The notes below the pieces were generated by a model. The model saw nothing but the letters and a program-made list of their open reading frames with translations, was not told where the DNA came from and ran no database searches. From positions 996,727 to 1,060,726 of the forward strand of contig JAGWFT010000001.1 in the NCBI GenBank assembly GCA_028867755.1: 64,000 nucleotides of DNA, read 5' to 3'. The position numbers and the translations under genes were made by a program. This DNA is from Nitrososphaerota archaeon (GTDB lineage: Archaea; Thermoproteota; Nitrososphaeria; Nitrososphaerales; Nitrosopumilaceae). Shown here piece by piece: positions 27,402-37,383 of this stretch (its first letter is position 1; the number at the start of each line of letters is the position of its first letter).

Positions 27402-28440
27402 GTTCCTTAATCTCATGTGTAGCACTTTGTTTTATTCCAACTAGCCTATTTCTAAGTAGATACAAGCCCACAAATGCGGTGGATACTGAAATTACATTTG
27501 TTATGGAAATTGTTTCGTGTAGAAATATGACAGAAAAGACTACTCCAAATGCAGAATTTATTGAATAAATCAAAATTGTTCTAACTGCGCCTATTAGTTT
27601 AAGACCTGTAACAAATAATGCTGTAGAAAGACCAATGCTGACAACACCAATTATTGCAATAGGAGGTATCTGAAGAGGGTTTATGTCTAATTTGATCTGT
27701 AATGCCAAGATGAGGCCTAGGGCAAAGCCTGCTGCCATAAATGAGGCAAGTTGGGTGATTCTTTGAGAACCTATTCTCTCGCTAACATACTTTGACATGT
27801 TAATATCAAGTGCCCAAAACAATCCTGCTGTAAGTAGAAGGATATCTCCTAGTACAAGTTTAGTCATCATCAAGCCATTGCTATAAATGTCATATCCAAC
27901 TGGTAATGCAATCATGCCAACTGTTATCATGGAAAATGGCAGTCGTTCCATTTTTTGTAATCGTTCACGAAAAACAATAATTGCAATTAATAGTGAAAAC
28001 AAAATCTCGCCATTATTTAGAACTGAGGCGTTTATTGCTGTAGAGTCATGCAAACCATAGAAATATGTAATGAGTGCAGAGCCTTCTGCAATACCTATAA
28101 AAATTAGCAAAATCAGATCTTTCTTTTTAATTTGTAAGATGGAATGGTTTTTTCTTGCAAGAGTGGTAAAAAAAATACCATTAACAATGAAGATAACAAA
28201 AGATATTGTAATAGGATTAAGATTGGATATGTCTAAAGTATCTGGAACTAGGAATGCCTTTGAAAGAATTTGACGAAAAGCTTCTAGTGTTGCAGCAATG
28301 ATAACTGCAATATATCCTAGTTTTGTGCTAGAGAATAATCCGGTATGATCGCTTCGAATTTTATCTATTCCTCCGGGTATCCCCATATTCGGAAATAACC
28401 TGGCAACCTTAATAACCTTAAATAGTACCTGTATTGACAA
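27394..28440 (-). CDS. DMT/EamA-family transporter
   Basis: About 10 TM in two EamA repeats (GLHDSTAINASVL, GLKLIGAVRT); true start may be downstream. Confidence 0.88.
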   Translation of the reverse strand: MSIQVLFKVIKVARLFPNMGIPGGIDKIRSDHTGLFSSTKLGYIAVIIAATLEAFRQILSKAFLVPDTLDISNLNPITISFVIFIVNGIFFTTLARKNHSILQIKKKDLILLIFIGIAEGSALITYFYGLHDSTAINASVLNNGEILFSLLIAIIVFRERLQKMERLPFSMITVGMIALPVGYDIYSNGLMMTKLVLGDILLLTAGLFWALDINMSKYVSERIGSQRITQLASFMAAGFALGLILALQIKLDINPLQIPPIAIIGVVSIGLSTALFVTGLKLIGAVRTILIYSINSAFGVVFSVIFLHETISITNVISVSTAFVGLYLLRNRLVGIKQSATHEIKEHD

Positions 28441-28477
28441 ATCGAGAAAGTAGTCTCAACTAAGTGTCCTAAAACAC

Positions 28478-28828
28478 GTGATAGGTGTCTGTTTTTTGTC
28501 GATACTTACATCTCATTATATGATTTTATGTTGCGATTATCATAATTTGAGTAAAAAAGTCAGGGAATTCAGTAAGCTCGGCTTAGGATGTGCATTTATT
28601 GGTATTTTAGTACTTTTTGCATTTCTGAATCACAACAGCTCTGGTTTTTGGCCGACAAATCAAATTAGTTGGAATACAATCGAAAAAACCCTCAGAAATG
28701 ATACTAGTGTAGATGGTTCTGCCCAAGAATATGCTGTGTTAATGGCTGCATGGATTCTTCTCATGGTTATTGGAAGTTATCTGTTTGTACACATTCATTT
28801 CCGAGTTCTCAGGGAGGAAAAAAGATAG
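28478..28828 (+). CDS. Hypothetical membrane protein
   Basis: 116-aa ORF with two TM segments. Confidence 0.55.
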   Translation: MIGVCFLSILTSHYMILCCDYHNLSKKVREFSKLGLGCAFIGILVLFAFLNHNSSGFWPTNQISWNTIEKTLRNDTSVDGSAQEYAVLMAAWILLMVIGSYLFVHIHFRVLREEKR

Positions 28829-28939
28829 TTGTTTATTGCTTATGAGTGTAAAGCACATGAACACACTAAGTGTATGACAATACCTTGTGATTGTCAATGC
28901 CATAAGATTGATTTGAAGTCTTGTGCTTGGAAAAATTAA
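28829..28939 (+). CDS. 36-aa Cys/His-rich micropeptide (metallothionein-like)
   Basis: TTG start; MFIAYECKAHEHTKCMTIPCDCQCHKIDLKSCAWKN. Confidence 0.45.
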   Translation: MFIAYECKAHEHTKCMTIPCDCQCHKIDLKSCAWKN

Positions 28940-28963
28940 ACAGATATAACAAAAATAATGTAT

Positions 28964-29299
28964 TTATGGAAATTTGAGGGTTGATTTTTCTAATTCAATT
29001 ATTGGGATATATAGTGACATTCCATCATTGCCTATCTTATCTACAAAATTAAATTCTCCGCTTAGTCTCTTCAGTTCTATGAATTTCTTTGGAGGCTTAT
29101 CCTTATTGATGAGGTAGTGTATCACTAATCCACCAACTGTACCAGTTTGAAGAAAAACTATGTCTTGATTGTTATAATTAATGTGATAAATCAGAGGCAC
29201 TACTCCAAGTACAGATTGCGATGAGTATAAAATTACTTTTAAAAGATCATCATAATTTTTGTATTTCATGTATGTAGTTATTGATTCTGTAGAGTCCAT
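28964..29299 (-). CDS. Hypothetical protein
   Basis: 111-aa ORF with protein-like composition. Confidence 0.7.
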   Translation of the reverse strand: MDSTESITTYMKYKNYDDLLKVILYSSQSVLGVVPLIYHINYNNQDIVFLQTGTVGGLVIHYLINKDKPPKKFIELKRLSGEFNFVDKIGNDGMSLYIPIIELEKSTLKFP

Positions 29300-29446
29300 A
29301 GTGTCCTATTTCCATAATAACGCATTTAAACCTAAGGCGAGGTTTTTTCTGCCTTGGAAATGTAGAGAATTAGCTATTGGTATTACTATAATTACCAACT
29401 AATATTATAACAAAGGGTTCAACTAGTATTTCAAATTAGATTAAAC

Positions 29447-30025
29447 ATGTCAGTTGTAAGAACCGAAAAATTGGTAAAATCAGATAATAAAGAGCCCAAA
29501 AGATCGTATAAATCTAAGAATCAGAGGATTGCACGAACAAGAAGGCAACGCGGGTATAATTGGGAGGATACTCTGGTTAAAAGATTCAATTCGATAGATG
29601 GTTGGAAAGCCTTTCGATTGGGGTCTCCAAGCGTAGGATTGCCTGACATATTGGCAGTGAGCACAAAGGAAAACGTCATCTACACCATTGAGGCCAAGTC
29701 TGGTACAAGCACAACATTGTATGTTCCATATGACCAGATCCTACGGTGTTTGAAATGGATTCATACTTTTGAATTATACAAAACAAGAAAAATGATAATT
29801 GCATTCAAATTTTCATCAAAGAAGCGTATTGGTACAGGAAAATACGAACACAGAGAACTACGTGAATATTACAAAATATGGGATGAATCTTATCCTGTTA
29901 CTAATTTCGTATGTACTTATGATGGTATAACATATGCACTTTTAGATGGAAAAAGAAAACAGTTAGAGCTTAAAGACTACCACATGCCATTTCCTGTAAA
30001 AAATAATTCATTAACAAGAACCTAG
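29447..30025 (+). CDS. hjc: Archaeal Holliday junction resolvase-like PD-(D/E)xK nuclease
   Basis: RGYNWE..L...GWKAFR.GS..LPDILA...IEAKS. Confidence 0.75.
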   Translation: MSVVRTEKLVKSDNKEPKRSYKSKNQRIARTRRQRGYNWEDTLVKRFNSIDGWKAFRLGSPSVGLPDILAVSTKENVIYTIEAKSGTSTTLYVPYDQILRCLKWIHTFELYKTRKMIIAFKFSSKKRIGTGKYEHRELREYYKIWDESYPVTNFVCTYDGITYALLDGKRKQLELKDYHMPFPVKNNSLTRT

Positions 30026-30074
30026 GAACATAGTGTGGGCAATACGGTGAGGTCAAGGGACAATAACTTCTTTA

Positions 30075-30458
30075 ATGACAATGTATAAAATCAGACTTAT
30101 GAGTTTTGAAGATTTTGTAGATGAGCGAAGTCTAGTAAGCCATGATGCTCTTGGAACAAAAGAAATCAAGCTTAAACTTCTAGAGGTGCAAGATGATACA
30201 TCAGATCATGTGTGGAGATTTGGGGTGCGTGTAAAAGTCAAGAAGATTCTAGTTACAATAAAACACATTAAAACACAACAAGTTGAAGAAGGAGAGTTTG
30301 ATCTGCAAGAAATTGAAAGAGAGATGAAAGAAAAACGGCATTATAGTTCTACAAACAGGTGGGTGCAGACAGCTGATATCAAAAATGGATATATCCTTAG
30401 TACTAGACATGCATCATTATTAGGCGATGCGGTGGCATTGGATTATATCGTCATCTAG
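30075..30458 (+). CDS. Hypothetical protein
   Basis: 127-aa ORF. Confidence 0.7.
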   Translation: MTMYKIRLMSFEDFVDERSLVSHDALGTKEIKLKLLEVQDDTSDHVWRFGVRVKVKKILVTIKHIKTQQVEEGEFDLQEIEREMKEKRHYSSTNRWVQTADIKNGYILSTRHASLLGDAVALDYIVI

Positions 30459-31350
30459 TTAGAGATTTTAAAAATGAATCTGTTTTAATTGTTTGCCAGG
30501 AAAAAAACCCAGATTTATTTTCTAGTTTTCCCTCAAATAATACAAAGTTAATTCTTTGAATTCCATCTTTGTTTTTTACAATAAGTCGTTTTAGCGTGGG
30601 TTTATTTTTTAATGTTATATCTAATTTGATGCTTTGAAGATATTTTTCCAGAGCTGTTTTGTTATTCTGGCCTTTTTTTGGTTGAATGTATGGTATGTTG
30701 AGAACAGATTTTTGTGTTGTATTTTCAAGAATTAGTATCTTATTTTTTGTTCGTATCAATACACCAACGCATTTTAATATGAATTTATTTTTATTTGGCA
30801 CAAGAAAAGAATCAAAAATGTTCTTGTTGATTATGATCTTGTCTCTTGCAGGCTCTATGCTTGGACCTATGCTGAAATATCTGTTACGGTGATACACTAG
30901 GGGTTTTTCTGTGTCATTATATCTTATTGAAACAACTTTGCCTACTACCATGATGTGATCTCCTATTTTTTTGATCATGGTGAGGTCGCATTCTGCATTG
31001 ATAAGACAATTTGCAATTAACGGTATTTTCGTTTTCTTTGATTTTAGTAATTGAAATGAATTGTTGATACTTAGTTTGTCTATCTCTTTTCTTGAATATC
31101 CTCCGGCAATGCTGATAAGAGTGGCTTGCTTTTCTGATGCAACATTTATTCCAAATTGTTTCGTTTTTCTAATGTTCTCTAATGTGCTAGATCCTTCGTG
31201 AATAAACACTGCAATCAACATTGGCTCATATGAAATCTGCATGGTCCATTCAGCTGCCATGACATTTTGTCCATTTGGACCGTAAGAGGTGATAAAACTC
31301 ACTCCTGTCATGAAAAGCCGTTGCGCACTCTGAATGACTTTTTTATTCAT
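30451..31350 (-). CDS. Flavin reductase-like protein with C-terminal Nudix-like extension
   Basis: TGVSFITS, ISYEPMLIAV, FGINV, ECDL..GDHIMVVGKV; about 110 extra C-terminal residues. Confidence 0.82.
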   Translation of the reverse strand: MNKKVIQSAQRLFMTGVSFITSYGPNGQNVMAAEWTMQISYEPMLIAVFIHEGSSTLENIRKTKQFGINVASEKQATLISIAGGYSRKEIDKLSINNSFQLLKSKKTKIPLIANCLINAECDLTMIKKIGDHIMVVGKVVSIRYNDTEKPLVYHRNRYFSIGPSIEPARDKIIINKNIFDSFLVPNKNKFILKCVGVLIRTKNKILILENTTQKSVLNIPYIQPKKGQNNKTALEKYLQSIKLDITLKNKPTLKRLIVKNKDGIQRINFVLFEGKLENKSGFFSWQTIKTDSFLKSLTR

Positions 31351-31601
31351 ATTAGTTTGTCTTTATTGTGCTAAAATATTAGTCCTCCAGTTGAATTGCT
31401 AATTGGCAGGTTTAGTCTTGGGTTATCTTGTTTGTGGGAAGGTGGGTCTAAGAAATTCTGTTCTGTAAATACATAATGAGCACATAGTTTGGCTGCTTGA
31501 ATCATTCGTGCTTACCTGGTTATTGTATAGTGTTTTCAACCTCAAGATTAAGGCTAAATAGATAAGGTGAGGTTCAAAAACAAAACCTGAGGAGATGCTA
31601 T

Positions 31602-32171
31602 GTGGTCAAGAAAATAAAGAAAAAAAATGAAAAGATTAATTCTGAAAAAGAGCATCGTAAGGACAAAAATACAATAATCTCAATAGTGATAATAGTTACA
31701 GTAGTATCTACATTAGTAGTTATTTTTCATGGACTCAATAACACTCCAGCAAATTCTGGTCAAGCTGCAATAGTGGATGGAATCCAATGTGATAATGTAA
31801 CATCCTCCAATTTTCACATAAACGCACATTTGGATGTGTTTGTTGATGGAAAATCATATTTTGTTCCAGAAAAAATTGGGATTGTAAATGGTACTTGTTC
31901 ATATTGGATTCATACTACAGATAATACTGGAACCATAAACATCGAGGCTCCAATGAATGACAACTTTACATTAGGACAATTATTTGATATTTGGGAGGCT
32001 ACCGGTAGTAATCTTCCTCCTCATGGGATGCCAATAATTTACATAAATGGTCAGCAAGTAGCTTCTAGTCTAAATACTATTGAAATAAAATCGCATGATG
32101 AAATCACGGTTGTTTATGGAGTAAAACCCCAAACCCTGCCTACGTCTTACCAATTTTCGCCTGGCTTTTGA
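31602..32171 (+). CDS. Membrane-anchored exported hypothetical protein
   Basis: Basic N-terminus, one TM, HINAHL..YWIHTTD..FTLGQLFDIW. Confidence 0.75.
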   Translation: MVKKIKKKNEKINSEKEHRKDKNTIISIVIIVTVVSTLVVIFHGLNNTPANSGQAAIVDGIQCDNVTSSNFHINAHLDVFVDGKSYFVPEKIGIVNGTCSYWIHTTDNTGTINIEAPMNDNFTLGQLFDIWEATGSNLPPHGMPIIYINGQQVASSLNTIEIKSHDEITVVYGVKPQTLPTSYQFSPGF

Positions 32172-32234
32172 GATCTACCGTTTTAAGTTGCTTTTTACAG
32201 AAAACTTTATGAAAGTAGGACGAAGAGTCCATTC

Positions 32235-32582
32235 ATGATAATTCAAGAAATAACACTGAGTGGTAAAAAATATCGTTTAACACTAACTGATCAACTACTT
32301 TCGGATGTACGAAGGCTCAAGGCACTCTATAATGCAGCTTATGAGGATCCAGAAAGCTTTGAAGAAGTAAGCTCTGCCATATCTGACACTATAAACCAAA
32401 TAGCTAGTGCTGTGGAGCCAGCAGTTTCTGATAGTGATCTAGACGCTCTAATTCAAGCTGTAATGAAAGCAGTAGACGAAAAAAGCAAGGAGACTGAAGA
32501 AGCAAAAGCAAAACATGCTGCCGAGGAAAAGGCAAAAAGTGAAAAAACTAAGATACTAAAACCTAAAAAATCAAAAAAATAA
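32235..32582 (+). CDS. Hypothetical protein with K/E-rich tail
   Basis: 115-aa ORF. Confidence 0.7.
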   Translation: MIIQEITLSGKKYRLTLTDQLLSDVRRLKALYNAAYEDPESFEEVSSAISDTINQIASAVEPAVSDSDLDALIQAVMKAVDEKSKETEEAKAKHAAEEKAKSEKTKILKPKKSKK

Positions 32583-32657
32583 ACAATACAAGTTGAGTGT
32601 CTAATCAGAAAACAACCCTCATATTGGTTAAATGTCATAAATACTCAGAAAATATAT

Positions 32658-32771
32658 ATGGCAACTCACTGTGAATGTGGTATCTGTGGTCACGTATCTG
32701 AAGAAGACTGTATTTTAAAAGAATGCAAGTGTTGTGTAAACTTTCACATGCGCTCTGGCCCAAAAGTATAA
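32658..32771 (+). CDS. 37-aa Cys-rich micropeptide (metallothionein/zinc-binding-like)
   Basis: MATHCECGICGHVSEEDCILKECKCCVNFHMRSGPKV; 7 Cys, 3 His. Confidence 0.65.
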   Translation: MATHCECGICGHVSEEDCILKECKCCVNFHMRSGPKV

Positions 32772-33089
32772 TCATTTAATTTTTGATCTTCGTAATATTC
32801 CAAATACAGCAATCCCAATCCCTGCAATTCCAATAATGATGGTACAAGTTTGTATGCTTGTTAGAATCTGACAACCTACTGCATAATCCTGTGAAGTATA
32901 CGTAGAAACAATTCCTGTCATTGAATCGCAATTCTCAATTCCAGGTCTTGTGAGATAATACATTATAGATGAGATCACAATTATGGCTATGCCATAAGAT
33001 ATAGTGGTTATTTTCATTGCTGGGTGTTTGTTGATATGACATTTATGTTGTAGATATGCCTGTGTTTGCTGTTTATCGTCTTGAACCAA
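32772..33089 (-). CDS. Small membrane protein (2 TM, Cys pair in loop)
   Basis: Hydrophobic segments; true start probably ATG 33017. Confidence 0.6.
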   Translation of the reverse strand: MVQDDKQQTQAYLQHKCHINKHPAMKITTISYGIAIIVISSIMYYLTRPGIENCDSMTGIVSTYTSQDYAVGCQILTSIQTCTIIIGIAGIGIAVFGILRRSKIK

Positions 33090-33166
33090 GTTCTACAAAT
33101 ACATGGTCGATTGGTTGATAGTTCAAGTTCTGTAACTTTAAATAAGTACCATCTAAATTTTTTATA

Positions 33167-34498
33167 ATGCGTACTGAAGCGTTTCAAAAATGTATTGATC
33201 CAGCCTGCGGTTTGGAATACTTGATTACTGATATTCGTATAGAATGTGAACGTGGTCATCTACTTGATGTTAAATACAAATCAAAACCGCCTTCTTCGCT
33301 AAAAGAAGTTTTCTATAAACGAAGAAATCATGCAAATAACATATTTAATGAAAGCGGAGTTTGGAGATTTCGAGAACTGCTGAATTTCTGTCAGATTGAT
33401 ACTGAAAGTGCAGATGAATGTTCAAAATATTTGGTATCTTTGGATGGTGCAGAAGGAAGATTGTCAAAACCCTATCACATGTCAAAAGTTTCTGATTATG
33501 TAGGTGTGAAAGACATGTGGCTTCAACCAGAAGGATACAACCCTAGCGGATCTTTCAAAGATAATGGTATGACAACAGCTGTAACTCATGCAAAACTTGT
33601 CAACATAAAGAAAATAATTTGTGCTTCCACTGGCAATACCTCCGCATCAGCTGCAATGTATGCTGCAAATGAGAACATGGAGTGCGATGTATACATTCCT
33701 GCAGGTGAAGTTGCTCCAGGAAAACTAGGTCAAGCTTTTCAGTTTGGTGCCCAAGTGATTGAAATTCAAGGAAACTTTGACGATGCACTTTCAACTTCGC
33801 TTAAACGAGCAGGTGAGGTGGGAGGGTACACCGTTAATTCAGTAAATCCTTTTAGAATCGAGGGACAAAAGACAATAGTTTTTAGAGCATTAGAATCGCT
33901 TGACTGGAATGCTCCAGATTGGATTGTGTATCCAGGTGGTGCACTTGGCAACACATCTAGTTGTGGAAAAAGCTTGATGGAGTTGTATGAATGGGGATGG
34001 ATAAAAAAAATACCACGTATCGCAGTAGTTAATTCTGAGGGTGCAAATACGCTCTACACACTTTACAACGGCAAGTTTGAAGAATCTGAATTAAGATGGA
34101 ATAAGGGAAAACCAGATACAAATTTAATAAAAAAATATTATGAGTTCATGGATGAAAAAGGAATAAGGCCAAAAACAAAAGCAACTGCAATTCAAATTGC
34201 AAAACCAGCTAACATCCTAAAGGGAATCAGAGCGCTAGAATTTACTGATGGTATAGTCACTCAAGTCTCTGATAGCGAAATGCTAGATGGAATGGCTTTG
34301 GTTGGCCTAAATGGATTTGATTGTGAGATGGCCTCAGGTGCAGTTCCTGCAGGGATAAAAAAATTGATGCATGAAGAAGTTATTAAAAAAGATGATACTG
34401 TGATAGGAATTTTGACTGGTAGACAAAAGGACTCAAGCATACCTGTAGACTATCACAAGAACTCGCAGAATAGATTTGCAATTCCGCCCAGATCCTAG
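33167..34498 (+). CDS. thrC: Threonine synthase
   Basis: NPSGSFKD PLP-Lys, ASTGNTSAS, PGGALGN, N-terminal Zn ribbon. Confidence 0.93.
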   Translation: MRTEAFQKCIDPACGLEYLITDIRIECERGHLLDVKYKSKPPSSLKEVFYKRRNHANNIFNESGVWRFRELLNFCQIDTESADECSKYLVSLDGAEGRLSKPYHMSKVSDYVGVKDMWLQPEGYNPSGSFKDNGMTTAVTHAKLVNIKKIICASTGNTSASAAMYAANENMECDVYIPAGEVAPGKLGQAFQFGAQVIEIQGNFDDALSTSLKRAGEVGGYTVNSVNPFRIEGQKTIVFRALESLDWNAPDWIVYPGGALGNTSSCGKSLMELYEWGWIKKIPRIAVVNSEGANTLYTLYNGKFEESELRWNKGKPDTNLIKKYYEFMDEKGIRPKTKATAIQIAKPANILKGIRALEFTDGIVTQVSDSEMLDGMALVGLNGFDCEMASGAVPAGIKKLMHEEVIKKDDTVIGILTGRQKDSSIPVDYHKNSQNRFAIPPRS

Positions 34499-35394
34499 TC
34501 GTGTTCTGGTTCTGGAATTATGATGACTCTAATTAGACCCATCTCGTTTTTTACAACTGATATCATAGTCTTGACAATCCTACTTGTTTCATCAAGCCTT
34601 GTTTCGTCTGGTAGCAGGATATGTATTTCTGCATTAAACTCGCTGCCTGTAGGTCTTAGAAATACATCTTTTGTTTTGATTTTAAATCTCGTGAGTATGA
34701 GATTTTTTATATCTTCTATCATCTGTGGGTTGTCTACTGCATCCACTAAGACAAGTGTAGATTCACGAATTGCTGTATAGGCCATTAAAAATATGTAGCC
34801 TGCAATTATTATGCCACCGATTGCATCCATGAACTTAAAACTAGTGTAAGTGCCAACAAACACACTAGCAAATCCAACAAAAGATGCAGTGCCGTCTTTG
34901 ATTGAATTTTTAGCATCAAGTTTGAGAGATATTAGATTTGACTCCATGGCAACTTTTCTTATCAAAAATGCACGATGCAATGAAAGGCCTCCCGCTATGA
35001 CAAGTGTGACCATTGTTATCTCTGGAAAGTGAGTTTCAACATGATTGAATAATGTTCCAACTGCCCTATACGTGATGAGTGCTCCCAAGACTACAATTAT
35101 TATGGCTGCAGTAAAGGCAGCAAGTACCTCCACCTTACGATACCCAAAAGGAAACAGGGTGCTCTTCGGTTTTCTAGTCATGCTAATCCCAAACCAAACT
35201 ATGAAAGATATCATAGAGTCAGCAAGTGAGTCTAACCCGTCTGCTGTGAGGGTGATACTTCCTGTAAATATAGTTACAACTAACTCGGCCACTCCTATTG
35301 CAGCAAGTGTAATAACAGACTGTTTTGCAGCAAGTTGAGCTTTGTTTAAAACATCATGATGTCTGAGTTCTTTGTTTTTTTCTGTAGACCCCAA
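34495..35394 (-). CDS. Cation diffusion facilitator transporter
   Basis: LDSLAD, FPFGYRKVE, NSIKD, DAIGGIIIA, C-terminal dimerisation domain. Confidence 0.9.
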   Translation of the reverse strand: MGSTEKNKELRHHDVLNKAQLAAKQSVITLAAIGVAELVVTIFTGSITLTADGLDSLADSMISFIVWFGISMTRKPKSTLFPFGYRKVEVLAAFTAAIIIVVLGALITYRAVGTLFNHVETHFPEITMVTLVIAGGLSLHRAFLIRKVAMESNLISLKLDAKNSIKDGTASFVGFASVFVGTYTSFKFMDAIGGIIIAGYIFLMAYTAIRESTLVLVDAVDNPQMIEDIKNLILTRFKIKTKDVFLRPTGSEFNAEIHILLPDETRLDETSRIVKTMISVVKNEMGLIRVIIIPEPEHD

Positions 35395-35447
35395 TTTAGA
35401 ATCTAATCGATAATAACGTACATTTCGCTCTTTTTAAACGATATTGT

Positions 35448-36497
35448 CTATTGGCGTCTGAAATGCTCTTCAAGCATCCTTTTTTTCTCTGCCATGTGAA
35501 ATAATTCTTCGGTATGTCTGAACGCATCTTCTTTCTTTCTTTTAAACAACATAGCTTGCATGAGTAGGTGATTTTCTGGTACTACTATTCCGGTCTGATC
35601 GTCAGAATATGTCAATTTTACAACATCGTCTTGTACCTCGATAAGATCAGCATGTAAGTGGATCATGTTAGTGTCTTTGAAACTAAACTTGATTGATTCA
35701 GCATAATCTCTAATGTCTTTTGTTCCTTTTGCACTATACAATGTAGCTACACCGTATTCGTTTTTGTAAATACTGATTATCTCTGCCGCATTAGGTGCAG
35801 AACCATCAAATCGTATGTCCATTGAATGTACATGCATCTGCCTAGTGGGAACTTTGAAAGCACGTATGAACAAAGGCGTGTCTGCCCCCATGTAGCTTTT
35901 TACATCTTCGTCATGATGTGGCTTGTGGCTCCATTCGATAGAGTCTTTTACTTCTGTCTTCGAATCTTCCAAATCGGCCCATCTTCGAATTAATATTGCA
36001 TCAAGTCTCTTTATTTTTTTACCATATTTTTCTTTGAGGGGTTGAATGATTCTTCCCATACCTGTGACATTACAGCTTCCTTGCATCACAAATTGTCTGT
36101 CAAATGTTTTCTCATAATTCACTCTAGAGTTGAAGATGAGTTGTGCTACTGATTCTTCTCCTGTGATTTTCTCCCCTCCTTGAAAGATAGCTCGTGTATT
36201 TTTTGGCTCATAGAGTGTTTTCTTGTTTGCATATCCTGCCCCTCCCGGAGATGCATCTATTACAAGATCACAATCTGAGATTATATCTTCTATAGTTCCT
36301 GAAATATTAAAATTCTTAAAACTAGCAACCTTGTTTTTTGGGACGTAGACCTTGAAACCTCTTGATATTGCATCTGTAACCTTTTCATCAGGAGAGTGTT
36401 TTCCTATGCCTGCTACTTCTATGTCCTGATCATCTGCTATGAATTGTGCTATTCTACTTCCTATTGATCCATATCCATTTACAAAAACACGCTTCAT
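35448..36497 (-). CDS. gap: Glyceraldehyde-3-phosphate dehydrogenase, archaeal type II
   Basis: VNGYGSIGSR, catalytic GSCNVTG, RRWAD, HHDEDV. Confidence 0.92.
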   Translation of the reverse strand: MKRVFVNGYGSIGSRIAQFIADDQDIEVAGIGKHSPDEKVTDAISRGFKVYVPKNKVASFKNFNISGTIEDIISDCDLVIDASPGGAGYANKKTLYEPKNTRAIFQGGEKITGEESVAQLIFNSRVNYEKTFDRQFVMQGSCNVTGMGRIIQPLKEKYGKKIKRLDAILIRRWADLEDSKTEVKDSIEWSHKPHHDEDVKSYMGADTPLFIRAFKVPTRQMHVHSMDIRFDGSAPNAAEIISIYKNEYGVATLYSAKGTKDIRDYAESIKFSFKDTNMIHLHADLIEVQDDVVKLTYSDDQTGIVVPENHLLMQAMLFKRKKEDAFRHTEELFHMAEKKRMLEEHFRRQ

Positions 36498-36575
36498 ATT
36501 TTTTTGTTAGATGATTCCCTCTTATTTAGATACCCTTGATAAGAACTAAATAGACTCAAAATTCTGATAGAATTA

Positions 36576-37277
36576 TTGAAGATACATCTACCATCCATTG
36601 GAATTGGTGTTGGTATCGCAGCTGTTGTGATTGTAGTTTTTCTAATTTATGGACAAGGTATAATGAAAACATCTCCAGATATTGCTACTCCTCAAAATCT
36701 ACAGAACTCAAGCCAAAAGATAGGTCTTGATACTATCACAGGTAATGCATCTCCTGTGCTGGGCTCCGAAAACGCTCCAATAACAATGATAGAGTTTGGA
36801 GATTACCAATGTTTTTACTGTAATAATTTTTTTCATAACACTGAATCAGACATAGTAAAGAATTATGTCGATACAGGCAAGGTCAAGATGTACTTCAAAG
36901 ATTTTACTATAATAGGCCAGGACTCTGTCACTGCTGCAAATGCAGCACATTGTGCCCAAGAGCAAGGCAAGTTTTGGGAGTATCACGATATGTTGTATAA
37001 TAACTGGTCAGGCGAGAACACTGGTTGGGCTTCTCCTACAAACGTGTCCCAGTTTGCAAAACAATTGGATCTAAACCAAGACCAGTTTAATCAATGCATG
37101 ACTCAGACAAAGTATGCCGCAGTTGTTCGTAGCAGTGTCTCTGACGCTAATAACCTTGGTCTTACAGGCACGCCTGATTTTTTCATAATTGGGCCTGATA
37201 ATTCTGTTACGAAGGTGGTTGGAGCTCAACCATATGACGTATTTGATGAGATTTTCAAGTCTAAACTGCAATCTTGA
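36576..37277 (+). CDS. DsbA/thioredoxin-fold membrane-anchored oxidoreductase
   Basis: EFGDYQCFYC, AHCAQEQGKFWEYHD, GTPDF, GAQPY. Confidence 0.92.
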   Translation: MKIHLPSIGIGVGIAAVVIVVFLIYGQGIMKTSPDIATPQNLQNSSQKIGLDTITGNASPVLGSENAPITMIEFGDYQCFYCNNFFHNTESDIVKNYVDTGKVKMYFKDFTIIGQDSVTAANAAHCAQEQGKFWEYHDMLYNNWSGENTGWASPTNVSQFAKQLDLNQDQFNQCMTQTKYAAVVRSSVSDANNLGLTGTPDFFIIGPDNSVTKVVGAQPYDVFDEIFKSKLQS

Positions 37278-37383
37278 GGTATTTCTCGCGTGTTTTATCA
37301 AAAAACTAAATAAAAAATACTGTTTTATGAGATCAAATTTGACTCTCAAAATGCTTATATTTGTTACACCGAAGGTTTAGCTG

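Noticed and set aside
31351-31601. Possible micro-ORF or ncRNA in a 250-nt intergenic gap
   Set aside because: The 44-aa minus-strand frame has no motif and I found no convincing structure; it is a divergent promoter region.
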